DNA from: Podarcis muralis
Taxonomy: Eukaryota
DNA length: 64,000 nucleotides
Assembly: GCF_964188315.1 (NCBI RefSeq)
Contig: NC_135657.1
Location: forward strand, 53,878,001 to 53,942,000
Direction of reading: 5' to 3'
The translations under genes and the position numbers were made by a program. Shown piece after piece: positions 25,939 through 38,448 of the stretch (positions are counted from its first letter, which is position 1; each line of letters opens with the position of its first letter). A model generated the notes under the pieces. That model was not told the DNA's origin and did not search any database. It saw only the letters and a list, made by a program, of their open reading frames with translations.

Positions 25939-26262
25939 TGATGCCTGTGAGGGAAGAACAAAGCTGGCGAGGTGTGGGAGTGAAGTAGTTGCCATCGCTT
26001 TTATATGTGCGTGACTCCCAGATTTATAGAGGGGTTAAACTTAAAAAGATCACCCTAACCCTAATGCAACAAACAACAATTAAAGGGAAAACTGAGTGAA
26101 GTGGAGGGAGGGGTTGCCTTTAAGAAAAGAGAAATGGCCTGCCATTTGCATTGGCCCCATCCTCTGAGGGGAGGATATTTGCCCTCAGCACGCAATCCTT
26201 CTCAGCATTTATATGGATTTACAAAGGCACATCTGTGCGTGTTGGAGGGCCAGCCTGACGTG
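25939..26262 (-). promoter_or_regulatory. Candidate TATA/Inr promoter with a short first exon
   Basis: TATAAAAG at 25998-26005; Inr-like CCACACC with its A at 25975, 30 nt downstream; donor TCA|GTGAGT at 25939/25938; octamer ATTTGCAT (26144-26151) overlapping CCAAT (26150-26154); CRE-like TGACGT at 26256. Confidence 0.45.
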
Positions 26263-27677
26263 TTTTCTGCTAGCAGCAGCTGCGGTTTCTGAGGAAACAA
26301 GGCTGATTTTCTAGTCAGGCTGGAGGATTTTTTTCCAAGAGCCTATGCGTGGGGGTGGGGGATAAGGCAGAGAAGGAGGGAGGCAGGGAGGAAAAGCACA
26401 GCAATAAAATCTCCAAAGCTCAGAAGGGGGAGAGGCGGGGCAGAAGAGACTGCTGGGAGTTTTCATGTGCTGGCTTTCTCAACGTAGCTTTTTAGTGTTG
26501 CAATCCCGATGTTTTATTTTGGGGGATTAAAGGTACAACTTTTGTAAATACGGGCTATCATTGTATGTGTTTTGCCCGCAGATTGGGGTTCTGGCAATAA
26601 GAGGGGCCTCACCTCACATGTTCCCCAATATGTCACCCCCCTTTTTAAATAAAAAGTTAAAAGTCCTTAGTTCTCCCACTTTTTCTTTTTTTCCTCCAGT
26701 GTGCCTCCTCATCAGCAGCCCATAGGAGATGTTTCCCTGACTTGGGTCTTCCACTTGAAACCATTTCATCTGTAATTCACAAGATAGGTCTGTTGCATGA
26801 AAACATTTGTATCCAGGGAAAAGTGCTTGAAGGTAGGAAAACATCTCTCTCTTCTTCACATTTCAAAAGTATTTTTCCCTTTCAAAATCAGATCTTAGCA
26901 ACCAGTAAAAACAGGTAAATTATCATGCTGATGAATGATTAACTGGCTGGCAGGCCAACACGGGAAGGGGGAAGGGAGAGAGGATGGGCAAAAAGGAGAG
27001 CAACAGAACACAGACACAGTTATAAACATTCAGAGGGAGAGGGAGAGAGGGCGGGCCGTCTTAGGGAAGCTCTCATGCAAAAACAGCTATTGTATGACCC
27101 AGCTCTCATTACACGTTCTGTTTATAGTTACGACTAGAAACAGGGAAGTGTTTACATTTAACTAAGTAATGGTTGTCCAAATATGGTGGTCGACACCTGA
27201 AATAAAAGTGTGGCAGGTGAAGACTCTACACCCAGGAGCAGAGCTTGTAGAAAATGTTTCGTTCATCCACGTATGTAGTTAACACAAGTTCCTAACCACC
27301 AAGCAGTATCATCAGATCAGGCCCCATTAAACAACACAATTTTCAGATTACATTTCCAGATGGGTGTAGTATAAATAAATAATAATTATTATTATTAAAA
27401 AGAAAATAACATATTTGCAGAACAGATAACTCAAGAAAGAGAGCCAAACCATAGGCTATGTCTGTCACACGCATGCAATGCATAGGCAAGACATGAAGCA
27501 TGCCAGCCAGGGGGGAGGGAATAAACATTTTCTCACTCTTCACGCACATACATAGACAAGGGCAACAAGATCCAGACTTATATTCTGCTGCTGTTTCCCT
27601 TCACAGAGACAGAGTCTAACAGAGACATAACCACTCCTGTGTTATACTTTCTGTGGGCTGTAATGTTCACTGCTATG

Positions 27678-27955
27678 CAGCGGTGGAGGAACCTGCCCAG
27701 GCACCTGCACGCAGTGCCCATAGGGGCAGGGCGCACCGCGGGGCCTCCAGAGTCTGCCTGCCTCCTCCCACTCAGCCGCCTTACAGCTGGGGGGTGGGAG
27801 GCAGTGGGCGGGCTGTTTTGATTCTGCTAGGAGAGGCGTGTGGCTTGGGCGCGCTGCAGGCCCTGCAGTGAGTGCCACCCAACATTTTGTCACCCCCCTC
27901 AGTGGTGACACCTGGGGCAGCCCGCACCCACCACACACCCCTTCCTCCGCCTCTG
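27678..27955. mobile_element. 278-bp GC-rich non-autonomous hAT element
   Basis: TIRs cagcggtggaggaa / ttcctccgcctctg; perfect 8-bp TSD ctgctatg (27670-27677, 27956-27963). Confidence 0.9.
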
Positions 27956-29160
27956 CTGCTATGGCTGTGCTGTCTGCTTCTCATCTGCCCTGGGTGGGCA
28001 AGAAAGAGAGGAGGTATGCTGGCTTTGAGCCGGTCCCAGTGAGCTAGACTTTGAGTGAAATGATCCAGCAAACTAGGTTGACTCTTCCTTGGTCCTTCAT
28101 TTTTTGTTTTCATCATGACATTACTGCTTGCCACCATCAGTGAAGTGATGGTTTTTATTTTTTATTACTAGAATTTACACCACATGCTTCAACTGAGGTG
28201 GCTTACATAAAGCAATAAAATACACAATAAAATTAAAAACATATATAAAAGTGGTAAAAGCAGTAGGCCTATGAAAACAGCAAAAGGATAAAACAAAAGA
28301 ATTTGTTAAAAACAGTTCAGCCAAAAATCCTGGGGAAATAAAGTATTTGCCTGGCATCAGTATGATTTCACAGAAGGTACCAAGCAAACCCCTCTGGATG
28401 AAATGTTCAAAAATCAGGACACTGCAATTGAAAATGTTCTTTCTTTTCTATTGTTTTCTTTTAAATAAATGGAATTAGAATACCAGGAAAAAACACAGCT
28501 TTTGCCACTCTGGTATCCTCCCCTCCCAAAATCTAGATGGACCTGTCTCTCTCCTTATTTCAGCAGACAACCCTAACTGGCAGCATTTTTGTTGGGGGGG
28601 GAGGGGTGGCAGAAAAAGCATTGTATGTGGAGTATGCTGTTCTATCCTTTGAAAGGACTATTCAAAATAATGTATGTATTCTGTATTATTTAAGCATGCA
28701 GAGTCTCACTGTTCACAGGAAACTAATTTGCAGGGATAGCATTTGAACAAAGACATACTGTACTATTGTCGTAACGCCTTGGGTAACAGTACTATTGAAG
28801 TATTACATCATGAAGTATTACATGAATTGGTCCCCCATAGGCCTTACACAGAATGCTAAGTATAACACTGTGCTCCTTAATAGGCATCTTGTGTGATAAC
28901 TATTATCATTCTGTTCAACATTTCACAATGCTACAGTGCTACATATTTGACACACAACATACATGGCAGATTTCCTGTAAGATGAACAGGACAAAAGAGA
29001 GGGGGAAGATGTGTTTAAAGGAGGAGCAGCATCGACAATAGGGGGGGGGGGAGAGTTAATTTTGTAACTTTTGTGTAAACATATGTGAAGAGGGAGATTT
29101 CAGCCCTGCCTCCTAGGTTTCATACATCACTGTTGCCATTGGCCCAGCATCTTCACTTAC

Positions 29161-29264
29161 CTTAACTGAGCTTCAATATCATTTCGTTTAAAAACAAAGT
29201 CAATAGCTTCCTCCCAATGAGTTTGGAAGCAAAATGAGGCCACCACCGCTCAAGAGGAAAATTT
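29161..29264 (-). other. Candidate exon with a perfect donor; 5' boundary uncertain
   Basis: AAG|GTAAGT at 29161/29160; one frame reads VVASFCFQTHWEEAIDFVFKRNDIEAQL but has an in-frame TGA just upstream. Confidence 0.25.
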
Positions 29265-29577
29265 CTGTATAACCAGGAGAATACTGGTATACAAAAGCAG
29301 TTATCCTTCAATATTGACCCTCCATCTTGCAAGAGTGGAGGACAGTGCATGGATGCTGCATTAACACTACTACAAAATCTGGCTACCATGAGTGCCAAGT
29401 GCAGGTGCAAGCTCACATTTACTTTGCTATGGGCTCCAAGCAAAGCATCTACTTAGTTGCTACCATGATTTCTGCCCCCTTCTGACACAAGGTGGGTGAC
29501 TTGACAAGGAAGTAGAGTTGTTACATGGACTAGTTGTGTGGATAAGTGAAAGCCCCAAATCATAGCTAATAGGCAGG

Positions 29578-29812
29578 CAGTGGTACCTCTGGATGCGAAC
29601 GGGATCCGTTCCGGAGCCCCGTTCACATCCAGAAGCGAATGCAACCCGCGTCAGAGCGCGATTCGCCGCTTCTGCCGATGCACGTGACGTCATTTTGACC
29701 GTCTGCGCGAGTGGCGAAACCCAGAAGTAAGGCACTCCCTTACTTCCAAGTCGCTGCAGTGCGCAACCCGAAAATACTTATTCCGAAGCTACTTCAACCC
29801 GAGGTAGGACTG
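29578..29812 (+). mobile_element. Tigger/pogo-like MITE with asymmetric CAGT termini
   Basis: Left end cagtggtacctctggatgcgaacgg; right end caacccgaggtaggactg followed by TA; same family as 56575-56766 in the opposite orientation. Confidence 0.8.
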
Positions 29813-32800
29813 TACTCTTAGTCAAGAGGGGGCAGATTTTCCCTCACACATGTTTACCATCTCTGTGGCTGCTTGAGCCCAGTTGTCAACAAGTGAGATT
29901 TACACTTTCTTATTCTGGCTTGTGGTAAGGCATGGAAATCTCCCTCTGTGGGTTCCTGTGAAACTGGCCTAGCAGCCTTACAAAACTGTCACACATGGAC
30001 ACCCATGAAAGACATCTCCCTGCTCTCCTGACTTGAAGGCAAGACAGATAAATTTTAGTCACTGGTGCCCGCCTGAGCCTGAAGATGCAATGTGACATTT
30101 TGTTTCACGTTTCACTTGCTTATATTGCTGAGTATTCTCAGTATGTAAATTGGCTACTGCATGTAAACAGCATATTAGGCTCTGGTTAAGTATGGTTAGA
30201 CTCTGGTCAATGTCAATGATTACAGTGGCTACCAGGAGTGGAACAAAAGCACTACTAAATTATTGCACTTAAAACTAATATCACAATAGTCAAAACAGAA
30301 AAAACACCCTAATTTTTTTTTTGGGGGGGGGCTAACCTATGGCCTCCATATATTGCTGGATTGCAAATCTTATCAACCCTAACCATTGAGCATGCTATGC
30401 TAGCTGGGGCTGGTGAGAGTTGGAGCACACACCATCTGGAGAGCCGCAGATTCCCCACTCTGCCCTGTTTGGTGAAGCACAGATATGGTTAACTAGTGGA
30501 ACTATAAAAATGTATTCTGAGGGATAGTTCATTATCTAGACATATGATTGCAACTTTATTAATAAACTTGGCTGAGAGAGTACTGCAGTTTCCAGCGTGT
30601 AACACGTGGTTTCTGACCGGGAAACACTCTTCCAGCAAATGCTATCCAGTCTCCTGTTTTCAGAGCAACTCTGAGCTCAAGCACCAGGCAAAAGGAACCA
30701 GCACATGATAGGCATGCTATTGGTGGTGTATAGGAATCTGAGAGGAGGCAAAGTAGCCCCAAAAGTGGAACAGGGACATTGCTGGTGATGAGACAAAGGA
30801 CTATGATCCCCATTTTCTTATTAGATGCTCCCACTAAAGTACAGAATACTACTACACAGAAATCTTCATAAGACTTCTCTTGTTCAAGTTTCATTTGACA
30901 CAATTTAATATTTAAATACCAAGCAAATAAATCACTAGGAGCATATAAAAAGGACTGGGTCTAGAGACAGCCACCTAGGCAAACACTTTATGTGATTAGC
31001 AGAGCACTGCCTAGCATTCTTGTTCCCTCATCACTGAATAAAACTGTCATTAGCAGAGTGCCCATACTAATATCATCACTTGCTAATGCACAGCTTAAAT
31101 TGGGGACAAATCTAGTTAATGGAGTAATCTAAATGAGATCCATGCTGGAAAGGTATGGTTTGACAAACATGTTGGCTTCACTCTTGGAGGAACTGAAATC
31201 TAATAAAATGCATAGGAACACTTTCTGTAAAAGAAAAAAAATGCTACAAGGGAAGCAGATCTATTTAAAGGTTAGTGGATATCCTCTACATGCAACAAAT
31301 GTTTCTGTTCAGTGTTGCTATGCACATGTTGTCTGTGATTCAGGGGGCTTAAAATCAAAAAGCAGCATCAAAGACATAAGACCCTGCTCTAACGTGGGTC
31401 TTCCTTAATGGGTAAAATTTATTTTGTTACATTTTTGAGCATGTAAAAGTGTACTCAGTCAGTTTAACCCAACCCATTTGAAGACTACTTTCAGAACAAC
31501 CCTCAAACAGGGACCTAACAGTGAAATACACTGCAGAATTGTTGTATGCTACACTTGCAACCAACAATTTTGGGATAAAAGCAACAGATAATACTGTAAG
31601 CTTGTTGTACCCTCTCAGTTTCAGTCAACTTGCAACTTGCAGCAGGGGGTAAAATAATGCTGGAAACCCCTGCATGATGGTAGTAAACCACTCAGAGCCT
31701 CAGTGTGAAGGCTACTGCAGAGCCACATTGCATGTCTCTTCCAGCAATGGCCCTTCCAACATGCAATTTGGAGACAATTAAATTCCATTTGCATTAGTAG
31801 GGCTATTAAAAAGAAGTTTCACACTAAATAGCTGAAATTGAAAGAGCAGGGCCTCTTCTGTATGCTACTACCTCCCGGGATTTTTTGAGATGGGTTGGGG
31901 ATAGACACACTACATTCAAATCATGTCTGAATTTAACTTTCATCTCCTAGCCTGTTGAGTTACCCCCACTTTCACATTCAGTGGCAGTGGAAATCACCAA
32001 GCTATGGGTAATGCTTCACCCGCATAGGGATCCCCATATCTTAGCATATTTGTACTTCTGCAAACTCAGGGATCCCAAGTCAGCTGATACCTCTTGTACA
32101 TGAGCTGCTTGGGCCACATAATTTCAAGTACTGGGCCCTGAAGATCAGAAACAGAATATAATATTGATGTTAGTTTGTGCTTGGACACATACCTCAACTT
32201 AATAACTTGATCTTGCCTATGCATGCAGCTGCTTTGCTTGTGCCACTAAGAAAGCCACAGTCAAAAAAGAAAGCTTCTAATTAAGTAGATTTTCCTGTTT
32301 CAGTTGATTTAATATCCTAGCTTGTGGGAACTGGAAACTATGGTTAATTAGAGATTTCCTGGTTTGCTTATTCATTGTTGTCCCCTGTGCTACAGAGCCC
32401 GGACTGGCCTAATACAGTAGTTGGACATTTAGTATCACCACTTCCTTGCTGTGGTACACTCTATCAGCAGAGATTCAGCAGGCATTGTCACTTCTGACTT
32501 TCAGGTGTCTCTTGAAGACTTTTTAATGCCAACAGGCCTGTGCATTTGCCAGTTATTAATTATTTTTCTGTACCCCTTTTAATAGTTCCCTATGTTTTTA
32601 TATTGCTGCATACTGTTCTGATATTTTATGCAAGCGGGCTGTCTAAACACTTTTATAAAATAAATAATTACCACTGCAAAGTGAAAAACAAAGGGGTTGT
32701 ATGCAACAGGTAAAGAGCTCTTACCTATTTCAACTTATTAAGCAGATATATGGTTCAAAAATGGCCATAAATAACACACTGTGCTTATCAAAAGGTTCAA

Positions 32801-35800
32801 CCTGTCTGTTTCTACAAACCAGCCAGTAACTTATTTCTGGCTTATAATTTCCAGGATTCCTTGGGACTGATGTTAACTTTTCCTAACATAATAGTATTTT
32901 TTTGTATTGTTTTAGAACATGTGGGCGTCAGTGGTGCTACATCTTGCCAGTGTATTACTGGTGATGTACTTGCTCCAAGTCCTCTTTCTACAATACCTTG
33001 GTATATTTGGATCAGACAGCTGGCTTCTCTCCAATGTCTCTATAATTCACAAGTGCCTTCCTACAAGTTGAAAGCTTCTTTCTTTAATATATTTATAAAA
33101 TATCTGTAAAACATTTTCTTGAGTGCCGCATTCCATGAACTTTTCCAAAGGGGGAAAGTTGAAAAAAAAGAGGCAGGTGCCGGCAGAGTAAAGGTACAGT
33201 GGAAAAATCCTGATGCCTCATTGTTTCCTAACATGAGCCTTATTCTGTTCTTCTGTGTTGGAAGAAAGGCTGCTACTATGAGGAAAACTTTGTGCCATTT
33301 GTTTGACAGTTTGATATAAAGGTGCCCCATTTTGAAACTTTATTAGTAAACATTCATTGGAAGTCTTTTTAAACATTTTGAAATAAGTTTCTTGCTTGCC
33401 CTCCCTACCATTTAAAGGGAGAGACTTCTACAAGTTTTTCACGTAATCAGGGTATCTTGGATAATGCATATGCCGATGATTGTGTTTATGGGGAGCTAGG
33501 AAGTACCCTCACTTGGGGACATGCTATGAGCCCCATTTTGAACATGAAATGTACAAATGTCTTCCCTTCAGACTACTATTGCTATAGCAGATTTTTAAAT
33601 TTAAGTTTAAAAATATCCAATTTGGTAAATGTATACTAAGTTTCAGGGCTCTGTGTCTCTGGGACACATTATATATTATCACATATACACAGATAGCAAC
33701 ATGCCCTCATGCTTTTGAATCTGTAGAATTAAATGTGGAGATGTTTGACTCAAAGTATCTTTATTGAAAATTCCATGGAATCAATGGCAAAACTTCAGCT
33801 GTTGCTAGTGAAACATTTATTCAGCATTTCTTTCCCACAGTCTTTCATTCTAAATATTTTGAGCTTTCTAATACATCCATTAAAAGATCGAAAATGAACA
33901 CTTGGGATAACATATCCACTTGCCTTGCAGCAAGAAGAAAATCAATTTGGCCCCCATCAATGGCCAGAGGACCACAACTAGGAACCAGTCCCTTCCAGAA
34001 AGAGCTTCTGCAATGGTTGGTCAGTTGCTCTGTGGCTGCAAAGGCCAAGGGAAGGACATCCTGGCCCACTGCCAGCTCCATAATTACAGTAAATGTATAG
34101 GAAAGCAAAGTAATCAAACATATGGAGCACTACTATATGGATAGTCTATTGAAAATGTTAAAAAGTAATGTTACAATGCTTTCAGAGACACTCAATAAGG
34201 TAATCAACTTGGTTTTAAGCATGTGCTTAAGGATATACATATTCCTGCAAACACACAACTTTCACCCCAAAACTTGTAGGAGTACCAACACATACACAAC
34301 TCCTAAAATTGCAGGTTCCTTCTGTTTTATGCAAAGAGGAAGAAAAACATTAAAATTTACAAAAAGTGATGCAGTTCATTGGCTTCATGTGGGAGAAATG
34401 ATGTGGTTAAACATACACAAACAAACAAACATGCTCTGGGTTATGATTTACTTTGTTTCAAACTAGAGCTACAAGATGTCTAGAGAATTATTTGAAACAT
34501 ACATAAATCTCCTCCTAAGGTAATATATCACCAACACATTGAGTGACTGCCAACATGTTATGCCCTTCAGGAAAAAAAAATGTTATTTGGAAAACTAAAG
34601 TTTTTTTTAATACAAAAAATGAATTAATTTCTTAGAACAGTAATCCAAAATCTTTTTCAAAAAAACTATGCCAGATGTTTTAGTAACAGTTTATGAATTG
34701 ATATCATTATCATTCCCTTATAACCCATGCCCCCCTCTCCAAACCCTCTTTTTTCACTTACTATAAAACAGTTACTTTATCATGAGAGAATGCTACAAGC
34801 ATATGATATAGCTACCAAATGGAAAACAGAAGGATCTTCCATATCCATGCTGCTGCTGTGAGAAACGTTTGATTTCCTTGGTAAACTGAGAGTGCCAGCC
34901 AATTAGTTATTTGACAGATATTACTGAGTATTGTTACTGCTTGCCCATTTGCTACCAGGTCACATTCAAAGTGCTACTATTATACTAGTACTATTATATT
35001 ATTCATAAAGTATGTAAATACGCCTTTGTATATTTCTAAATACCTGTTTTTTCCAATAATTTTAATGTTTTGATTTAATGTAAACCATGTAGAGGTTTAT
35101 TTTCAATCAAGCAGCATATAAATGTTGTTGAATAAAAAGAAAATAAAAAAACAGTTATCCTTGAGACTATCCAAAGACTATGTTTACATCCACATTTCAA
35201 TCCATCTCTAGATGGGTATTGTTAGGTGCTCCAGAATGTGCATAGGGATGTGCATCTAACTGACAGCTGTGTGGTATGGACAAATAAAAATCTTATACAC
35301 CTGATTTACAATGCAGTTGTTTTAATCTAGGAAGCAAAACACATACGGATCTCCTTATCTGGAGTATGTATGATCTATAACAGGGTATGCTGCAAGTATG
35401 TTGCAGTGGTTTAAGCAGACTCTTTTGAGCTCACATCATCTGTTTGGTAGCTAGAAAAGTTCATACTGAGGACAGAGAGAAAGTGTGAATAAGTTATACA
35501 GTCATATCTCATGTTATGTTTGCTTCATGTTACGTTTTTTCAGGTTGCATCCCACGGTGAACCGGAAGTTCTGTGAAAACTAGAGGAAGCACTCTTGTTT
35601 GCAACAATAATGCACGAAGCATAACAAGAAAGAATACAATGTTACAATTAGTTTAATAAGTCAAATAGTATTATCTTTTATCTTTTTTAAGGTTTAAGAC
35701 ATTTTTACAGATTATCTAATGGACTAATCTTTTGAGCTTCTGTACAGACAAGTAAGCATTAGGATTGGCCACAGAGCACCATAAATTGTTGTTCTATAAC

Positions 35801-35828
35801 TATACTGAGAGCCAGGCACCTGGTGCCC

Positions 35829-36078
35829 AAGTGATAGCTGCCAACCTAGATGGCTTTAAAAATGGGTTAGGCAAATTCATGGAAGATAAGGCTATCAATA
35901 GCTACTAGCAATAATGCCTTCTGAGTATCAGTTGCTAGGGAACATGAGTGGGAAAGTGTTACTGCACTCGTGTCCTGATTGTGTGCTTCCTGTAGGCATT
36001 TGGTTGGCCACTGTTAAGATCACACTGCAGGACTAGCTGGGTCTTGGGTTTCATAGAGCAGGGCTGTCCTTGTGCTAT
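35829..36078 (+). mobile_element. Old CR1 LINE 3' end
   Basis: ctagatggctttaaaaatgggttaggcaaattcatggaagataaggctatcaatagctac is a typical CR1 ORF2 end and 3'UTR. Confidence 0.7.
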
Positions 36079-36569
36079 CATGGCACCTGCACCATTGCCA
36101 GAAAGCTCTTGTGAAGATCAGGATTGGTAGAGAAGTGGCATGGCAAAGGCTGAATTTTTCAGTGCAGTACCTTAAAGACATTCAGGGAGTTTTATGCCGA
36201 CACAACCCTACTGCAAGTATTTAGTGAAATTTCAACTGACAGGAAAGATAACAAAGTAGAAATTTCCACATTTGTTAAGTGCAGGATATATAAATGGCTT
36301 TTTAAAAAGAAAGCAGGAATGGAATATTGTGAAATCTCTTCCTATTTCTGTGGGTTTTACATTTCTGCTTTGTATTCCCTTTTCCCCTTCTCCAGTTCTT
36401 CTGTTTGGAGGCTAGTGCTTGCACAGTAAAATCGCTCCAGGAGCCTTCCACATGATACCGTTTTTATTCTACCAAGTTAATGCCAGGGTTTTCAGATAAG
36501 AGAGCAGAAGAAACACTATCCCTCTTCTTGTCCTTCATTTAGCATACATAATCAAACTGGTACACTCAC

Positions 36570-36587
36570 CTGAGAAGAAGTCAGCAT
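36570..36587 (-). other. Candidate exon 3' end with a perfect donor
   Basis: CAG|GTGAGT at 36570/36569, preceded by ATG CTG ACT TCT TCT CAG (MLTSSQ). Confidence 0.3.
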
Positions 36588-36885
36588 CTGATTATATTAT
36601 ATAGCACTGATATGAGCAAAGAAAAGCAGTCAGCACGCATGAGAGTATTTGGAGTATTTCTAATCAGTACCATGTGGGAAAATGCCATCTACCATAGCGG
36701 AAATTATAGTTAAAATTGCACAACACCTTTATGATATAAATGTATATAAACTGTAGATAATACAAAAACTCCCTCTCTTCTTAGAATGAGATAACATTCA
36801 AAATACAATATAATTATCTTTTCCCACTCTACAGTTCTTCTGTTTGGAGGCTAGTTTGCACAGTAAAACCACTCTAGAAGCCCTC

Positions 36886-37416
36886 AGTTGATGAGAGGAA
36901 GCTCATCAAATATGCAGATGACGCCAAATGGGAATGGGTAGCTAATACCACAGAAGACAGAATCTGGAGTCAAGATGACCATAACAGATTGGAGACCTGG
37001 GCCAAAACTAACAAAATGAATTTCGATAAAGACAAATGTAAGCTTCTACACTTAGGAATAACCAGCTGCAAAAATACAAGATGGGAGACACCTGGCTTAC
37101 CAGTAGTACATGTGAAAAGGGTCTAGGGGTCCTAGTAGACCACAAGCTTGTCTTCGCCTGCTCCTGCTCCAGAGGCTAGGACCCAAACCAATGAATTCAA
37201 GTTACAATAAAGGAGATTCTGATTAAACATCAGGAAGAACTTTTTGACTGTAAGAGCTGTTAAACAGTGGAATGGACACCCTCAGAAGTTGGTGGACTCT
37301 CCTCACAATGTTTTTAAGCAGAGGTTGGATGGCCATCTGTCATGGAGGCTTTAGTTGAAATTCCTGCATTGCAGGGAGTTGGACTAGGTGACCCTTCCAA
37401 TTCTATGATTCTATGA
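36886..37416 (+). mobile_element. CR1 LINE fragment with internal deletion
   Basis: LIKYADDAK RT motif at 36902-36928; abrupt junction near 37150; canonical ttctatgattctatga tail. Confidence 0.9.
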
Positions 37417-38441
37417 AATCATAGCAGAAGTGAATGAGTACAAAGAAGGATGTAACCAGTACACTGGTTATGGGAAAATGGGAAAGTGGGTGATTGTTTG
37501 ACCTAAACAGAATTAGAATTTTTTTAGGAATAGTGATTGTTTTCTTCATCTGATTCAAAATTCCATTCTGAGCCCTTAAGTGGGAGTGACGAACAGAGAG
37601 AAAGAGACCAACAATGCAAAAGTCATGATTAAATGCCAAAGTCTCCAGACTATATCTAATGAAAACCAAGGGACTAACAATCCAAGGAGGAAGCACTCCT
37701 ATGCCATTCTTATTGAAATGGATAGAATTCCGTGGAAAAATGCACCGTGAATGGCATTAATAATATATATTGACTGTGTTCCTAATCAATGATGCCAACA
37801 GAGCAGGACTTTCGGGCAGAGTCCAGGGGTCCTTCAGCAAAATGAGCACAAGGGCATATTTTGAATCAAATGTGCACATTATCATCTAAACAAAAGAATA
37901 TAATAAAAGAGTTTTGATTTAACTCAAGATTCCTTAACAATTGCACTTTTGGGGATAAGTCAATTCTCCCACCATTCAAGTTATTTTTTAAAATGCCTTT
38001 ATTAGAAATTTAAAAACCCTCAACCAATAGGCAACCACAGTCATAGAATATAAGTCCAGTCTTCCTCTCATCTCCCCAAGGTCTCAATTAATTCCTCTCT
38101 AGCCCCCATCAGTATAGTTAACATAATTACTCAGAAGCATTGTACTTCACCTTCTGCTTTAGAAGTGACCCAAGTTTATTTAAAGAGTAGCACCTGAACC
38201 CGATTACACACTGCCTCAAAACACAGAGAGGTTTGTAAAAATACACCCAGAGAACACCCAACTTTCCAGGGTTTCTGAACTGACAATACTTGATTTGTGA
38301 CAAATGAAGCAAGCTTTCTTTATTTTTCACCCTCATTTAAATTTTCTAAGTAAATTACGTTGGCTGATTTGGAGTAGAAATTATATTTCTTCCACAAGTT
38401 ATTACTATGTGCCACTAGATATATCACATGCACGCCATTAC

Positions 38442-38448
38442 CTGCATC
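38442..38448 (-). other. Candidate 7-nt microexon
   Basis: attattttctag|GATGCAG|gtaatg with TGCATG about 10 nt downstream (38427-38432). Confidence 0.2.

Noticed and set aside
26053-26064. ccctaaccctaa as an interstitial telomeric repeat
   Set aside because: Only two units; expected by chance.
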